Assembly: GCA_964016885.1 (NCBI GenBank)
Contig: OZ024740.1
Span: 417,508,001 to 417,572,000, forward strand
Reading direction: 5' to 3'
Length of the DNA stretch: 64,000 nt
From: Eledone cirrhosa
Lineage: Eukaryota
The stretch's first letter is position 1. Every line of letters begins with the position of its first letter. Position numbers and translations under genes: made by a program. Shown piece after piece: positions 38,531 to 52,625 of this stretch. A model generated the notes under the pieces. It was not told the origin of the DNA, did not search any database, and saw nothing but the letters and a program-made list of their open reading frames with translations.

Positions 38531-41500
38531 CTACAGACTTGTGGTTAGAATGTCTCTGGAAAGAATTTCTGAATTGAGAGATCACAGCTCTGATATTACA
38601 GGCATGTGGCTAGAATGTCTCAGGAAAGAATCTCTGAATTGAGAGACCACAGCTCTGATACTACAGATATGTAGTTAGAATGTCTCAGGAAAGAGTCTCT
38701 GAATTGAGAGACCTCAGCTCTGATACTACAGGCATGTGGTTAGAATGTCTCAGGAAAGAATCTCTGAATTGAGAGATCACAGCTCTGATATTACAGACAC
38801 GTGGTTAGAATGTCTCAGGAAAGAACCTCTGAATTGAGAGACGACAGCTCTGATATTACAGACATGTAGCTGGAATGTCTCAGGAAAGAATCTCTGAATT
38901 GAGAGACCACAGCTCTGATATTACTAGACATGTGGTTAGAAAGTCTCAATAAAGAATCTATCTCTGAATTGAGAGACCACAGCTCTGATACTACAGACAT
39001 GTGGTTAGAATGTCTCAAGAAAGAGTCTCTGAATTTAGAGACCACAGCTCTGATATTACAGACATGTGGCTAGAATGTCTCAGGAAAGAGTCTCTGAATT
39101 GAGAGATCACAGCTCTGATGTTACAGACATGTGGTTATAATGTCTCAGGAAAGAATCTCTGAATTGAGAGACCACAGCTCTGATATTACAGACATGTGGC
39201 TAGAATGTCTCAGGAAAGAGTCTTTGAATTGAGAGATCACAGCTCTGATATTACAGACATGTGGGTAGAATGTCTCAGGAAAGAACCTCTGAATTGAGAG
39301 ACCTCAGCTCTGATATTACAAACATGTGGTTAGAATGTCTCAGGAAAGAGTCTCTGAATTGAGAGACCACAGCTCTGATACTACAGACTAGTGGTTAGAA
39401 TGTCTCTGGAAAGAATCTCTGAATTGAGAGATCACAGCTCTGATATTACAGGCATGTGGCTAGAATGTCTCAGGAAAGAATCTATCTCTGAATTGAGAGA
39501 CCACAGCTCTGATATTACAGACATGTGGTTAGAATGTCTCAAGAAAGAGTCTCTCAATTGAGAGACCACAGCTCTGATATTACAGACATGTGGCTAGAAT
39601 GTCTCAGGAAAGAGTCTCTGAATTGAGAGATCACAGCTCTGATGTTACAGACATGTGGTTAGAATGTCTCAGGAAAGAATCTCTGAATTGAGAGACCACA
39701 GCTCTGATATTACAGACATGTGGCTAGAATGTCTCAGGAAAGAGTCTTTGAATTGAGAGATCACAGCTCTGATATTACAGACATGTGGGTAGAATGTCTC
39801 AGGAAAGAACCTCTGAATTGAGAGACCACAAATCTGATATTACAGACATGTGGCTAGAATGTCTCAGGAAAGAATCTCCGAATTGAGAGACCACAGCTCT
39901 GATACTACAGACATGTGGTTAGAATGTCTCAGGAAAGAATCTCTGAATTGAGAGACCACAGCTCTGATACTACAGACATGGGTTTAGAATGTCTCAGGAA
40001 AGAGTCTCTGAATTGAGAGATCACAGCTCTGATATTACAGACATGTGGTTACAATGTCTCAGGAAATAGTCTCTGAATTGAGAGACCGCAGCTCTGATAT
40101 TACAGACATGTGGTTAGAATGTCTCAGGAAAGAATCTCTGAATTGAGAGATCACAGCTCTGATATTACAGACATGTGGTTAGAATGTCTCAGGAAAGAAT
40201 CTCTGAATTGAGAGATCACAGCTCTGATATTACAGACATGTGGTTAGAATATCTCAGGAAAGAATCTCTGAATTGAGAGATCACAGCTCTGATATTACAG
40301 ACATGTGGCTAGAATGTCTCAGGAAAGAACCTCTGAATTGAGAGACCACAGCTCTGATATTACAGACATGTGGCTAGAATGTCTCAAGAAAGAGTCTCTC
40401 AATTGAGAGACCACAGCTCTGATATTACAGACATGTGGCTGGAATGTCTCAGGAAAGAGTCTTTGAATTGAGAGACCACAGCTCTGATATTACAGGCATG
40501 TGGCTAGAATGTCTCAGGAAAGAATCTCTGAATTGAGAGACCACAGCTCTGATACTACAGACATGTGGTTAGAATGTCTCTGGAAAGAATCTCTGAATTG
40601 AGAGACCACAACTTTGATATTACAGACATGTGGTTAGAATGTCTCAGGAAAGAATCTCTGAATTGAGAGACCACAGCTCTGATACTGCAGACATGTGGCT
40701 AGAATGTCTCAGGAAAGAGTCTCTGAATTGAGAGACCACAGCTCTGATATTACAGACATGTGGCTAGAATGTCTCAGGAAAGAGTCTCTAAATTGAGAGA
40801 CCACAGCTATGATATTACAGACATGTGGTTAGAATGTCTCAGGAAAGAATCTCCGAATTGAGAGACCACAGCTCTGATGTTACAGACATGTGGTTAGAAT
40901 GTCTCAGGAAAGAGTCTCTGAATTGAGAGATCACAGCTCTGATATTACAGACATGTGGTTAGAACGTCTCAGGAAAGAATCTCTGATTTGAGAGATAACA
41001 GCTCTGATATTACAGACATGCAGTTAGAATGTCTGAGGAAAGTGTCTCTGAATTGAGAGACCACAGCTCTGATATTACAGACATGTGTATAGAATGTCTC
41101 AGGAAAGAACCTCTGAATTGAGAGACCACAGCTCTGATATTACAGACATGTGGCTAGAATGTCTCAGGAAGGAGTCTCTGAATTGAGAGATCACAGCTTT
41201 GATATTACAGGCATGAGGCTAGAATGTCTCAGGAAAGAATCTCTGAATTGAGAGACCACAGCTCTGATACTACAGACACGTGGTTAGAATGTCTCAGGAA
41301 AGAGTCTCTGAATTGAGAGACAACAGCTCTGATACTACAGACATGCGGTTAGAATGTCTCAAGAAAGAGTCTCTCAATTGAGAGACCACAGCTCTGATAT
41401 TACAGACATGTGGGTAGATTGTCTCAGGAAAGAGTCTCTGAATTGAGAGACCACAGCTCTGATATTACAAACATGTGGTTAGAATGTCTCAGGAAAGAAT

Positions 41501-44500
41501 CTCTGAATTGAGTGATCACAGCTATGATACTACAGACATGTGGTTAGAATGTCTCAGGAAAGAATCTCCGAATTGAGAGACCACAGCTCTGATACTACAG
41601 ACATGTGGTTAGAATGTCTCAGGAAAGAATCTCTGAATTGAGAGACCACAGCTCTGATACTACAGACATGGGTTTAGAATGTCTCAGGAAAGAGTCTCTG
41701 AATTGAGAGATCACAGCTCTGATATTACAGACATGTGGTTACAATGTCTCAGGAAATAGTCTCTGAATTGAGAGACCACAGCTCTGATATTACAGACATG
41801 TGGTTAGAATGTCTCAGGAAAGAATCTCTGAATTGAGAGATCACAGCTCTGATATTACAGACATGTGGTTAGAATGTCTCAGGAAAGAATCTCTGAATTG
41901 AGAGATCACAGCTCTGATATTACAGACATGTGGTTAGAATATCTCAGGAAAGAATCTCTGAATTGAGAGATCACAGCTCTGATATTACAGACATGTGGCT
42001 AGAATGTCTCAAGAAAGAGTCTCTCAATTGAGAGACCACAGCTCTGATATTACAGACATGTGGCTGGAATGTCTCAGGAAAGAGTCTTTGAATTGAGAGA
42101 CTACAGCTCTGATATTACAGGCATGTGGCTAGAATGTCTCAGGAAAGAATCTCTGAATTGAGAGACCACAGCTCTGATACTACAGACATGTGGTTAGAAT
42201 GTCTCTGGAAAGAATCTCTGAATTGAGAGACCACAACTTTGATATTACAGACATGTGGTTAGAATGTCTCAGGAAAGAATCTCTGAATTGAGAGACCACA
42301 GCTCTGATACTGCAGATATGTGGCTAGAATGTCTCAGGAAAGAGTCTCTGAATTGAGAGACCACAGCTCTGATATTACAGACATGTGGCTAGAATGTCTC
42401 AGGAAAGAGTCTCTAAATTGAGAGACCACAGCTATGATATTACAGACATGTGGTTAGAATGTCTCAGGAAAGAATCTCCGAATTGAGAGACCACAGCTCT
42501 GATGTTACAGACATGTGGTTAGAATGTCTCAGGAAAGAGTCTCTGAATTGAGAGATCACAGCTCTGATATTACAGACATGTGGTTAGAACGTCTCAGGAA
42601 AGAATCTCTGATTTGAGAGATAACAGCTCTGATATTACAGACATGTGGTTAGAATCTCTCAGGAAAGAATCTCTGAATTGAGAGATCACAGCTCTGATAT
42701 TATAGACATGTGGTAAGAATGTCTCAGGAAAGAGTCTCTGAATTGAGAGATCACAGCTCTGATATTACAGACATGTGGCTAGAATGTCTCAGGAAAAAAT
42801 CTTTGAGGTGAGAGATCACAGCTCTGATATTACTAGACATGTGGTTAGAATGTCTCAAGAAAGAGTCTCTGAATTGAGAGACCACAGCTCTGATATTACG
42901 GACATGTGGCTAGAATGTCTCAGGAAAGAGTCTCTGAATTGAGAGATCACAGCTCTGATATTACTAGACATGCAGTTAGAATGTCTGAGGAAAGTGTCTC
43001 TGAATTGAGAGACCACAGCTCTGATATTACAGACATGTGTATAGAATGTCTCAGGAAAGAACCTCTGAATTGAGAGACCACAGCTCTGATATTACAGACA
43101 TGTGGCTAGAATGTCTCAGGAAGGAGTCTCTGAATTGAGAGATCACAGCTTTGATATTACAGGCATGAGGCTAGAATGTCTCAGGAAAGAATCTCTGAAT
43201 TGAGAGACCACAGCTCTGATACTACAGACACGTGGTTAGAATGTCTCAGGAAAGAGTCTCTGAATTGAGAGACAACAGCTCTGATACTACAGACATGCGG
43301 TTAGAATGTATCAGGAAAGAACCTCTGAATTGAGAGACCACAGCTCTGATATTACAGACATGTGGTTAGAATGTCTCAGGAAAGAATCTTCGAATTGAGA
43401 GACCACAGATCTGATATTACAGACATGTGGTTAGAATGTCTCAGGAAGGAGTCTCTCAATTGAGAGACCACAGCTCTGATATTACAGACATGTGGGTAGA
43501 TTGTCTCAGGAAAGAGTCTCTGAATTGAGAGACCACAGCTCTGATATTACAAACATGTGGTTAGAATGTCTCAGGAAAGAATCTCTGAATTGAGTGATCA
43601 CAGCTATGATACTACAGACATGTGGTTAGAATGTATCAGGAAAGAACCTCTGAATTGAGAGACCACAGCTCTGATATTACAGACATGTGGTTAGAATGTC
43701 TCAGGAAAGAATCTTCGAATTGAGAGACCACAGATCTGATATTACAGACATGTGGTTAGAATGTCTCAGGAAAGAATCTCTGAATTGAGAGACCACAGCA
43801 CTGTAACTACAGACATGTGGTTAGAATGTCTCAGGAAAGAGTCTCTGAATTGAGAAATCACAACTCTGATGTTACAGACATGTGGGTAGAATGTCTCAGG
43901 AAAGAGTCTCTGAATTGAGAGACCACAGCTCTGATATTACAGACATGTGGTTAGAATGTCTCAGGAAAGAATCTCTGAATTGAGAGATAACAGCTCTGAT
44001 ATTACAGACATGTGGTTAGAATGTCCCAGGAAAGAATCTCTGAATTGAGAGATCACAGCTCTGATAATACAGACATGTGGTTAGAATGTCTCAGGAAAGA
44101 ATCTCTGAATTGAGAGATCACAGCTCTGATATTACAGACATGTGGCTAGAATGTGTCAGGAAAGAACCTCTGAATTGAGAGACCACAGCTCTGATATTAC
44201 AGACATGTGGCTAGAATGTCTCAAGAAAGAGTCTCTCAATTGAGAGACCACAGCTCTGATATTACAGACATGTGGCTAGAATGTCTCAGGAAAGAGTCTT
44301 TGAATTGAGAGACCACAGCTCTGATATTACAGGCATGTGGCTAGAATGTCTCAGGAAAGAATCTCTGAATTGAGAGACCACAGCTTTGATATTACAGACA
44401 TGTCGTTAGAATGTCTCAGGAAAGAATCTCTGAATTGAGAGACCACAGCTCTGATACTACAGACATGTGGCTAGAATGTCTCAGGAAAGAGTCTCTGAAT

Positions 44501-47500
44501 TGAGAGACCACAGCTCTGATATTACAGACATGTGGGTAGAATGTCTCAGGAAAGAACCTCTGAATTGAGAGACCACAAATCTGATATTACAGACATGTGG
44601 CTAGAATGTCTCAGGAAAGAATCTCCGAATTGAGAGACCACAGCTCTGATACTACAGACATGTGGTTAGAATGTCTCAGGAAAGAATCTCTGAATTGAGA
44701 GACCACAGCTCTGATACTACAGACATGGGTTTAGAATGTCTCAGGAAAGAGTCTCTGAATTGAGAGATCACAGCTCTGATATTACCGACATGTGGTTACA
44801 ATGTCTCAGGAAATAGTCTCTGAATTGAGAGACCACAGCTCTGATATTACAGACATGTGGTTAGAATGTCTCAGGAAAGAATCTCTGAATTGAGAGATCA
44901 CAGCTCTGATATTACAGACATGTGGTTAGAATGTCTCAGGAAAGAATCTCTGAATTGAGAGATCACAGCTCTGATATTACAGACATGTGGTTAGAATATC
45001 TCAGGAAAGAATCTCTGAATTGAGAGATCACAGCTCTGATATTACAGACATGTGGCTAGAATGTCTCAGGAAAGAACCTCTGAATTGAGAGACCACAGCT
45101 CTGATATTACAGACATGTGGCTAGAATGTCTCAAGAAAGAGTCTCTCAATTGAGAGACCACAGCTCTGATATTACAGACATGTGGCTGGAATGTCTCAGG
45201 AAAGAGTCTTTGAATTGAGAGACCACAGCTCTGATATTACAGGCATGTGGCTAGAATGTCTCAGGAAAGAATCTCTGAATTGAGAGACCACAGCTCTGAT
45301 ACTACAGACATGTGGTTAGAATGTCTCTGGAAAGAATCTCTGAATTGAGAGACCACAACTTTGATATTACAGACATGTGGTTAGAATGTCTCAGGAAAGA
45401 ATCTCTGAATTGAGAGACCACAGCTCTGATACTGCAGACATGTGGCTAGAATGTCTCAGGAAAGAGTCTCTGAATTGAGAGACCACAGCTCTGATATTAC
45501 AGACATGTGGCTAGAATGTCTCAGGAAAGAGTCTCTAAATTGAGAGACCACAGCTATGATACTACAGACATCTGGTTAGAATGTCTCAGGAAAGAATCTC
45601 CGAATTGAGAGACCACAGCTCTGATGTTACAGACATGTGGTTAGAATGTCTCAGGAAAGAGTCTCTGAATTGAGAGATCACAGCTCTGATATTACAGACA
45701 TGTGGTTAGAACGTCTCAGGAAAGAATCTCTGATTTGAGAGATAACAGCTCTGATATTACAGACATGTGGTTAGAATGTCTCAGGAAAGAATCTCTGAAT
45801 TGAGAGATCACAGCTCTGATATTATAGACATGTGGTTAGAATGTCTCAGGAAAGAGTCTCTGAATTGAGAGATCACAGCTCTGATATTACAGACATGTGG
45901 CTAGAATGTCTCAGGAAAAAGTCTTTGAGGTGAGAGATCACAGCTCTGATATTACTAGACATGTGGTTAGAATGTCTCAAGAAAGAGTCTCTGAATTGAG
46001 AGACCACAGCTCTGATATTACGGACATGTGGCTAGAATGTCTCAGGAAAGAGTCTCTGAATTGAGAGATCACAGCTCTGATATTACTAGACATGCAGTTA
46101 GAATGTCTGAGGAAAGTGTCTCTGAATTGAGAGACCACAGCTCTGATATTACAGACATGTGGTTAGAATGTCTCAGGAAAGAGTCTCTGAATTGAGAGAC
46201 AACAGCTCTGATACTACAGACATGCGGTTAGAATGTCTCAAGAAAGAGTCTCTCAATTGAGAGACCACAGCTCTGATATTACAGACATGTGGGTAGATTG
46301 TCTCAGGAAAGAGTCTCTGAATTGAGAGACCACAGCTCTGATATTACAAACATGTGGTTAGAATGTCTCAGGAAAGAATCTCTGAATTGAGTGATCACAG
46401 CTATGATACTACAGACATGTGGTTAGAATGTCTCAGGAAAGAACCTCTGAATTGAGAGACCACAGCTCTGATATTACAGACATGTGGTTAGAATGTCTCA
46501 GGAAAGAATCTTCGAATTGAGAGACCACAGATCTGATATTACAGACATGTGGTTAGAATGTCTCAGGAAAGAATCTCTGAATTGCGAGACCACAGCACTG
46601 TAACTACAGACATGTGGTTAGAATGTCTCAGGAAAGAGTCTCTGAATTGAGAAATCACAACTCTGATGTTACAGACATGTGGGTAGAATGTCTCAGGAAA
46701 GAGTCTCTGAATTGAGAGACCACAGCTCTGATATTACAGACATGTGGTTAGAATGTCTCAGGAAAGAATCTCTGAATTGAGAGATAACAGCTCTGATATT
46801 ACAGACATGTGGTTAGAATGTCCCAGGAAAGAATCTCTGAATTGAGAGATCACAGCTCTGATAATAGAGACATGTGGTTAGAATGTCTCAGGAAAGAATC
46901 TCTGAATTGAGAGATCACAGCTCTGATATTACAGACATGTGGCTAGAATGTGTCAGGAAAGAACCTCTGAATTGAGAGTCCACAGCTCTGATATTACAGA
47001 CATGTGGCTAGAATGTCTCAAGAAAGAGTCTCTCAATTGAGAGACCACAGCTCTGATATTACAGACATGTGGCTAGAATGTCTCAGGAAAGAGTCTTTGA
47101 ATTGAGAGACCACAGCTCTGATATTACAGGCATGTGGCTAGAATGTCTCAGGAAAGAATCTCTGAATTGAGAGACCACAGCTTTGATATTACAGACATGT
47201 CGTTAGAATGTCTCAGGAAAGAATCTCTGAATTAAGAGACCACAGCTCTGATACTACAGACATGTGGCTAGAATGTCTCAGGAAAGAGTCTCTGAATTGA
47301 GAGACCACAGCTCTGATATTACAGACATGGGGCTAGAATGTCTCAGGAAAGAGTCTCTAAATTGAGAGACCACAGCTCTGATATTACAGACATGTGGTTA
47401 GAATGTCTCAGGAAAGAATCTCCGAATTGAGAGACCACAGCTCTAATATTACAGACATGTGGTTAGAATGTCTCAGGAAAGAATCTCTGAATTGAGAGAC

Positions 47501-47501
47501 C

Positions 47502-50500
47502 ACAGCTCTGATATTACAGACATGTGGTTAGAATGTCTCAAGAAAAAGTCTCTCAATTGAGAGACCACAGCTCTGATATTACAGACATGTGGCTAGAATG
47601 TCTCAGGAAAGAGTCTCTGAATTGAGAGACCACAGCTCTGATATTAAAGACATGTGGCTAGAATGTCTCAGGAAAGAGTCTCTGAATTGAGAGACAACGG
47701 CTCTGATATTACAGACATGTGGTTAGAATGTCTCAGGAAAGAACCTCTGAATTGAGAGACCTCAGCTCTGATATTACAGACATGTGGTTAGAATGTCTCA
47801 GGAAAGAATCTCTGAATTGAGAGACCACAGCTCTGATACTACAGACATGTGGTTAGAATGTCTCAGGAAAGAACCTCTGAATTGAGAGACCTCAGCTCTG
47901 ATATTACAAACATGTGGTTAGAATGTCTCAGGAAAGAGTCTCTGAATTGAGAGACCACAGCTCTGATACTACAGACTAGTGGTTAGAATGTCTCTGGAAA
48001 GAATCTCTGAATTGAGAGATCACAGCTCTGATATTACAGGCATGTGGCTAGAATGTCTCAGGAAAGAATCTATCTCTGAATTGAGAGACCACAGCTCTGA
48101 TATTACAGACATGTGGCTAGAATGTCTCAGGAAAGAGTCTTTGAATTGAGAGATCACAGCTCTGATATTACAGACATGTGGGTAGAATGTCTCAGGAAAG
48201 AACCTCTGAATTGAGAGACCACAAATCTGATATTACAGACATGTGGCTAGAATGTCTCAGGAAAGAGTCTCTGAATTGAGAGACCACAGCTCTGATACTA
48301 CAGACATGTGGTTAGAATGTCTCTGGAAAGAATCTCTGAATTGAGAGACCACAACTTTGATATTACAGACATGTGGTTAGAATGTCTCAGGAAAGAATCT
48401 CTGAATTGAGAGACCACAGCTCTGATACTGCAGACATGTGGCTAGAATGTCTCAGGAAAGAGTCTCTGAATTGAGAGACCACAGCTCTGATATTACAGGC
48501 ATGTGGCTAGAATGTCTCAGGAAAGAGTCTCTAAATTGAGAGACCACAGCTTTGATATTACAGACATGTGGTTAGAATGTCTCAGGAAAGAATCTCCGAA
48601 TTGAGAGACCACAGCTCTAATATTACAGACATGTGGTTAGAATGTCTCAGGAAAGAGTCTCTGAATTGAGAGACCTCAGCTCTGATATTACAGACATGTG
48701 GTTAGAATGTCTCAGGAAAGAATCTCTGAATTGAGAGACCACAGCTCTGCTACTACAGGCATGTGGTTAGAATGTCTCAGGAAAGAATCTCTGAATTGAG
48801 AGATCACAGCTCTGATACTACAGACATGTGGTTAGAATGTCTCAGGAAAGAACCTCTGAATTGAGAGACCTCAGCTCTGATATTACAAACATGTGGTTAG
48901 AATGTCTCAGGAAAGAGTCTCTGAATTGAGAGACCACAGCTCTGATATTACAAAAATGTGGTTAGAATGTCTCAGGAAAGAGTCCTGAATTGAGAGACCA
49001 CAGCTCTGATACTACAGACTTGTGGTTAGAATGTCTCTGGAAAGAATTTCTGAATTGAGAGATCACAGCTCTGATATTACAGGCATGTGGCTAGAATGTC
49101 TCAGGAAAGAATCTCTGAATTGAGAGACCACAGCTCTGATACTACAGATATGTAGTTAGAATGTCTCAGGAAAGAGTCTCTGAATTGAGAGACCCCAGCT
49201 CTGATACTACAGGCATGTGGTTAGAATGTCTCAGGAAAGAATCTCTGAATTGAGAGATCACAGCTCTGATATTACAGACACGTGGTTAGAATGTCTCAGG
49301 AAAGAACCTCTGAATTGAGAGACGACAGCTCTGATATTACAGACATGTGGCTGGAATGTCTCAGGAAAGAATCTCTGAATTTAGAGACCACAGCTCTGAT
49401 ATTACTAGACATGTGGTTAGAAAGTCTCAATAAAGAATCTATCTCTGAATTGAGAGACCACAGCTCTGATACTACAGACATGTGGTTAGAATGTCTCAAG
49501 AAAGAGTCTCTGAATTGAGAGACCACAGCTCTGATATTACAGACATGTGGCTAGAATGTCTCAGGAAAGAGTCTCTGAATTGAGAGATCACAGCTCTGAT
49601 GTTACAGACATGTGGTTATAATGTCTCAGGAAAGAATCTCTGAATTGAGAGACCACAGCTCTGATATTACAGACATGTGGCTAGAATGTCTCAGGAAAGA
49701 GTCTTTGAATTGAGAGATCACAGCTCTGATATTACAGACATGTGGGTAGAATGTCTCAGGAAAGAACCTCTGAATTGAGAGACCACAGATCTGATATTAC
49801 AGACATGTGGCTAGAATGTCTCAGGAAAGAGTCTCTGGATTGAGAGATCACAGCTCTGATATTACAGACACGTGGTTAGAATGCCTCAGGAAAGAATCTC
49901 CGAATTGAGAGACCACAGCCCTGATACTACAGACATGTGGTTAGAATGTCTCAGGAAAGTATCTCTGAATTGAGAGACCACAGCTCTGATACTACAGACA
50001 TGGGGTTAGAATGTCTCAGGAAAGAGTCTCTGAATTGAGAGATCACAGCTCTGATATTACAGACATGTGGTTAGAATGTCTCAAGAAAAAGTCTCTCAAT
50101 TGAGAGACCACAGCTCTGATATTACAGACATGTGGCTAGAATGTCTCAGGAAAGAGTCTCTGAATTGAGAGACCACAGCTCTGATATTAAAGACATGTGG
50201 CTAGAATGTCTCAGGAAAGAGTCTCTGAATTGAGAGACAACGGCTCTGATATTACAGACATGTGGTTAGAATGTCTCAGGAAAGAACCTCTGAATTGAGA
50301 GACCTCAGCTCTGATATTACAGACATGTGGTTAGAATGTCTCAGGAAAGAATCTCTGAATTGAGAGACCACAGCTCTGATACTACAGACATGTGGTTAGA
50401 ATGTCTCAGGAAAGAACCTCTGAATTGAGAGACCTCAGCTCTGATATTACAAACATGTGGTTAGAATGTCTCAGGAAAGAGTCTCTGAATTGAGAGACCA

Positions 50501-52625
50501 CAGCTCTGATACTACAGACTAGTGGTTAGAATGTCTCTGGAAAGAATCTCTGAATTGAGAGATCACAGCTCTGATATTACAGGCATGTGGCTAGAATGTC
50601 TCAGGAAAGAATCTATCTCTGAATTGAGAGACCACAGCTCTGATATTACAGACATGTGGCTAGAATGTCTCAGGAAAGAGTCTTTGAATTGAGAGATCAC
50701 AGCTCTGATATTACAGACATGTGGGTAGAATGTCTCAGGAAAGAACCTCTGAATTGAGAGACCACAAATCTGATATTACAGACATGTGGCTAGAATGTCT
50801 CAGGAAAGAGTCTCTGAATTGAGAGACCACAGCTCTGATACTACAGACATGTGGTTAGAATGTCTCTGGAAAGAATCTCTGAATTGAGAGACCACAACTT
50901 TGATATTACAGACATGTGGTTAGAATGTCTCAGGAAAGAATCTCTGAATTGAGAGACCACAGCTCTGATACTGCAGACATGTGGCTAGAATGTCTCAGGA
51001 AAGAGTCTCTGAATTGAGAGACCACAGCTCTGATATTACAGGCATGTGGCTAGAATGTCTCAGGAAAGAGTCTCTAAATTGAGAGACCACAGCTTTGATA
51101 TTACAGACATGTGGTTAGAATGTCTCAGGAAAGAATCTCCGAATTGAGAGACCACAGCTCTAATATTACAGACATGTGGTTAGAATGTCTCAGGAAAGAG
51201 TCTCTGAATTGAGAGACCTCAGCTCTGATATTACAGACATGTGGTTAGAATGTCTCAGGAAAGAATCTCTGAATTGAGAGACCACAGCTCTGCTACTACA
51301 GGCATGTGGTTAGAATGTCTCAGGAAAGAATCTCTGAATTGAGAGATCACAGCTCTGATACTACAGACATGTGGTTAGAATGTCTCAGGAAAGAACCTCT
51401 GAATTGAGAGACCTCAGCTCTGATATTACAAACATGTGGTTAGAATGTCTCAGGAAAGAGTCTCTGAATTGAGAGACCACAGCTCTGATATTACAAAAAT
51501 GTGGTTAGAATGTCTCAGGAAAGAGTCCTGAATTGAGAGACCACAGCTCTGATACTACAGACTTGTGGTTAGAATGTCTCTGGAAAGAATTTCTGAATTG
51601 AGAGATCACAGCTCTGATATTACAGGCATGTGGCTAGAATGTCTCAGGAAAGAATCTCTGAATTGAGAGACCACAGCTCTGATACTACAGATATGTAGTT
51701 AGAATGTCTCAGGAAAGAGTCTCTGAATTGAGAGACCCCAGCTCTGATACTACAGGCATGTGGTTAGAATGTCTCAGGAAAGAATCTCTGAATTGAGAGA
51801 TCACAGCTCTGATATTACAGACACGTGGTTAGAATGTCTCAGGAAAGAACCTCTGAATTGAGAGACGACAGCTCTGATATTACAGACATGTGGCTGGAAT
51901 GTCTCAGGAAAGAATCTCTGAATTTAGAGACCACAGCTCTGATATTACTAGACATGTGGTTAGAAAGTCTCAATAAAGAATCTATCTCTGAATTGAGAGA
52001 CCACAGCTCTGATACTACAGACATGTGGTTAGAATGTCTCAAGAAAGAGTCTCTGAATTGAGAGACCACAGCTCTGATATTACAGACATGTGGCTAGAAT
52101 GTCTCAGGAAAGAGTCTCTGAATTGAGAGATCACAGCTCTGATGTTACAGACATGTGGTTATAATGTCTCAGGAAAGAATCTCTGAATTGAGAGACCACA
52201 GCTCTGATATTACAGACATGTGGCTAGAATGTCTCAGGAAAGAGTCTTTGAATTGAGAGATCACAGCTCTGATATTACAGACATGTGGGTAGAATGTCTC
52301 AGGAAAGAACCTCTGAATTGAGAGACCACAGATCTGATATTACAGACATGTGGCTAGAATGTCTCAGGAAAGAGTCTCTGGATTGAGAGATCACAGCTCT
52401 GATATTACAGACACGTGGTTAGAATGCCTCAGGAAAGAATCTCCGAATTGAGAGACCACAGCCCTGATACTACAGACATGTGGTTAGAATGTCTCAGGAA
52501 AGTATCTCTGAATTGAGAGACCACAGCTCTGATACTACAGACATGGGGTTAGAATGTCTCAGGAAAGAGTCTCTGAATTGAGAGATCACAGCTCTGATAT
52601 TACAGACATGTGGTTAGAATGTCTC
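47502..52625. repeat. Near-identical tandem duplication of a 39-monomer block (period 2543 bp)
   Basis: Identical ORF-track entries at 49296/51839 and 49282/51825. GAATTTAGAG at 49377/51920. CAGCCCTGATAC and AAAGTATCTC occur in both copies. Offset 2543 = 39x65+8. Confidence 0.92.
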
